A stretch of DNA of 26,568 nucleotides, taken from positions 1 through 26,568 of the forward strand of contig JBLIRN010000039.1 of NCBI GenBank assembly GCA_049472315.1, given 5' to 3'. The notes under the pieces are model-generated. The model saw only the letters and a program-made list of their open reading frames with translations, had not been told where the DNA came from and did not search any database. The DNA comes from a bacterium. GTDB lineage: Bacteria; SZUA-182; DTGQ01; JAFGSM01. Below, piece by piece: positions 23,965-26,568 of this stretch. A program made the position numbers and the translations under genes. Each line of letters begins with the position of its first letter. The stretch's first letter is position 1.

Positions 23965-26568
23965 TCATTGACGCATGCAGTCCTTGTGTATTCCATTCGA
24001 TTCGGCAGGCATGCGGGTCCCGGAGTTGCCCTTTCGCAATGCAAGGGGCCGGGCGCACAAGAGTCCGATCAGCATCAGGAACAGGCAGAAGAGCATACCC
24101 AGGGGGATGACCACCCCGCCGCCTCCCTGCCTGCCGCCTTCTATTTGGGTTATGAAGCACCCGGTCTCCTCGTTCGGATCGAAGAGCCCGTTGTAGGGTT
24201 TCGGCTTCGGTCCGTCGTCTTTAATATTTTCGCTGTTTGGGTCAAAGTGGTACAGGCCGTTGACCGTGCCGAACCACACCAAGTTGTCCTGGTCGATGAC
24301 GATATCGTTGATTGCGTTGAATGCCGCGTCAACCGCCTCTGTGTCGTTGTTCAGCAACTGCCATTTGTCCGAGGACAGGTTGTAGCGCGTGGCACCGCCT
24401 ATGAGGGTCTCCGACTCCGGCCAGTGACCGATGTACACCTCGTTCCCCCGGCGGCACACGGCCGTGACCATATTGCTTCCCATCCTCACCCCCCCTACCC
24501 CGTTTTTGTACTGGGTCCACGTATCCTGATCCGCATCGAAGTGGGCAAGACCCATCGCCAGGGGTACGCTGTAGTCGGAGGTGGTACCGGGGTCCTGGCT
24601 GCCCACCCACACATCCCCCTCATCGTCGACATAGATGGTGCGCACCAGGTCGCCGCCGGGATAGGTGCCCTGGGATTTGCTGTATTCCACTATTTCTTCG
24701 GTCTCCGGGTCGAACACCACGATCCCTTTATAGTCGAACACCACTATTTGATTGGCGTCCATGCTGGCGTCGGTCACCCCTGCCCAGATCCGGCCGTCCG
24801 GGTCTGCAGCCAGGGCCGATATCCAGTTTCCACCCAGTGTTTCCTTGTTTGAGTACTGTGTCTTTGCACCGTCCTCGTATTTGGTGAGCACCGTGTCGGA
24901 GATCTCCATGGTATCGGGATCCTGGGTGGGATAGGTGGAAAACCACACCCGTCCCATGCTATCGGCAACCAGGGCGCTCACGAAGCTGTTTGGGTCCACG
25001 ATGTCCAGCACTGTTTCCCATTCTGACCCATCGTAGCGGGCGATCCCCTCACCAGTGCCCGCCCATACGATGTCTGCCGGGGTGATCGCCATCTTGAGCA
25101 CCGCGTTGCTGGGGAGCCCCGATCCCTCTCGGAAGGTCCTCCATACCTCTCCGTCATAGCTGGATACCCCGCCGGAATTCTCCTGATCGTCCTGGTCCGG
25201 ATAGAATCCTGCCCACAGGACGTTCTCCCCGTTCATCTCCAGGCAGGTGACATAATTTCCGGCAGGCCCGTCTCCCTTGTAGTATACCTCCCACCGGTAG
25301 GTTTTAGGTGGTTCGTTGATCCGGAAGGTATGATCCTCGGTAGGGTCGCCCTCGGCCTCCATGGCGCCGTTGTGAAAGTAAAACCGGTACTTGATGGTCC
25401 CATCCCCGCGATGGCTCAGTTTCGATGAAAACGTATAGATCTTCCCGTCGGAGTAATCGACATCGTCCTCATCCTCTTCATTCATGAGGAGCTTCTCCGT
25501 TGAGCCGTAGGTACCGCTGTCATCGATGTCGATCCAGATGCTCGCCACCTTGGGTTCGATGTTTGCAGGATCGGTATACTTGACCTTGAACACGAAGAGC
25601 GATCCGCTGTCTCCCTGATTCGGCGCGACACCATCACTGGTGAAGCCCGTTCCTCCCGCCCAGTCGAGCTGTGGGGCCTCGGTTATCGTCAGGGTGAGGG
25701 AATTGATGCCGCTTCCGATGCCCGGGACCTCAACCCCATTCTCATCCTCGAAATAAAACCGGTATCCAAGCGTCCCGTCAGTCTCTTCCGGAAAATCAAT
25801 CTCCTTGGAATACGTATAGACAATTCCGTTTTCCATGGTGGCATTGGGGTCCTCCGGCTCCATGTCGATTTTCTCACCCTCATCCTCGAAGTCGCCGTCG
25901 TCGTTGAGGTCGATCCACACCTGGGCCTTTGCAGGGGGATTGTCCAGACGGTCCCGGTAGTGCACCTTGAAGGTGAAGGTCTCCCCCGGGGAGGCGGATG
26001 AGGGATGCACCCCCTTATCACCATAATCATCGTCATCCACCCAGTTCAGGGTGGACTGAAAGGACGTTGTATAGAGGTCATAGGAGCGGCTGTTGCGTAT
26101 GTCCTCCCATATGAAGGCGCAGCCCGAATCGGGATCGCAGGTCATCGAAGGGCGGTCCTGGGTCAGGGAAACCCCCACGGGTTGCGTGCCCTCGTATTTT
26201 TCGTTGGTACCCGATTCCCCGTCGAGAAGCTGGCCGTTCGGATCCATCCTCACCACCCTGACGTTGCCGGTCCTGGGATAGGGAACGCTCAACCGGTGCG
26301 CCAGCATATCCTCTGGTGCAAGTTCGTAGGGGATATCGAGCCATGAGATCAGGTACTGATTCCCCTGCGAGTCCCAGGTAACCCTGGGCCTAACCTGGTG
26401 GCCGTCTGCGGTGCAGATGCCGATCTCCTTGAATCCTGTCAAGGGAAGGTCGAGCGATTCGCCGTTGCTGTTGACCCTCATCCCGTAGATGTCGTATCCT
26501 CGCTCGCTGTCGGGGTTTACAAAGCGGTCATCCTGCCACACCACGAGATAGTTGTTACCGTCCGAGGC
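23965..26568 (-). CDS. 5'-truncated large surface protein: YLVVWxD repeats, two Ig-like repeats, beta-propeller, GCFI-TM-basic C-terminal sorting signal
   Basis: Frame open to the window edge (ASDGNNYLVVWQD); propeller repeats (GLPSNAV..WAGT..GIARYDG); TGCFITQ, Gly linker, TM helix, RPLALRK. Confidence 0.85.
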   Translation of the reverse strand, partial: ASDGNNYLVVWQDDRFVNPDSERGYDIYGMRVNSNGESLDLPLTGFKEIGICTADGHQVRPRVTWDSQGNQYLISWLDIPYELAPEDMLAHRLSVPYPRTGNVRVVRMDPNGQLLDGESGTNEKYEGTQPVGVSLTQDRPSMTCDPDSGCAFIWEDIRNSRSYDLYTTSFQSTLNWVDDDDYGDKGVHPSSASPGETFTFKVHYRDRLDNPPAKAQVWIDLNDDGDFEDEGEKIDMEPEDPNATMENGIVYTYSKEIDFPEETDGTLGYRFYFEDENGVEVPGIGSGINSLTLTITEAPQLDWAGGTGFTSDGVAPNQGDSGSLFVFKVKYTDPANIEPKVASIWIDIDDSGTYGSTEKLLMNEEDEDDVDYSDGKIYTFSSKLSHRGDGTIKYRFYFHNGAMEAEGDPTEDHTFRINEPPKTYRWEVYYKGDGPAGNYVTCLEMNGENVLWAGFYPDQDDQENSGGVSSYDGEVWRTFREGSGLPSNAVLKMAITPADIVWAGTGEGIARYDGSEWETVLDIVDPNSFVSALVADSMGRVWFSTYPTQDPDTMEISDTVLTKYEDGAKTQYSNKETLGGNWISALAADPDGRIWAGVTDASMDANQIVVFDYKGIVVFDPETEEIVEYSKSQGTYPGGDLVRTIYVDDEGDVWVGSQDPGTTSDYSVPLAMGLAHFDADQDTWTQYKNGVGGVRMGSNMVTAVCRRGNEVYIGHWPESETLIGGATRYNLSSDKWQLLNNDTEAVDAAFNAINDIVIDQDNLVWFGTVNGLYHFDPNSENIKDDGPKPKPYNGLFDPNEETGCFITQIEGGRQGGGGVVIPLGMLFCLFLMLIGLLCARPLALRKGNSGTRMPAESNGIHKDCMRQ

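Noticed and set aside
20201..24852. Plus-strand ORFs of 335, 478 and 294 aa
   Set aside because: Antisense shadows of the surface-protein genes.

Overview
This window reads as chromosomal DNA from a GC-rich diderm bacterium; an anaerobe of Desulfobacterota or candidate-phylum type is my inference from gene content only. In order it holds: a MenA/UbiA prenyltransferase; a degenerate 77-bp tandem repeat; a likely sigma54-driven three-gene signalling operon; two convergent outer-membrane beta-barrel genes; an EndoQ-UvrD fusion; an ArsR regulator; a cyclophilin-like/ferredoxin pair; a complete moxR-DUF58-bat operon; and a minus-strand cluster of surface proteins (beta-helix/Ig/dockerin protein, MXAN_2562-like barrel, 5'-truncated GCFI-CTERM protein). 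The most unusual feature is the signalling operon. Its membrane kinase has an intact ATPase domain but Leu in place of the phospho-His. The overlapping next gene has a His-bearing DHp helix, no ATPase domain and an Asp-to-Glu pseudo-receiver. This suggests a split or pseudo-kinase system. No rRNA, tRNA, CRISPR-cas or transposase was recognised. All family calls come from motif recognition by eye, not database searches.
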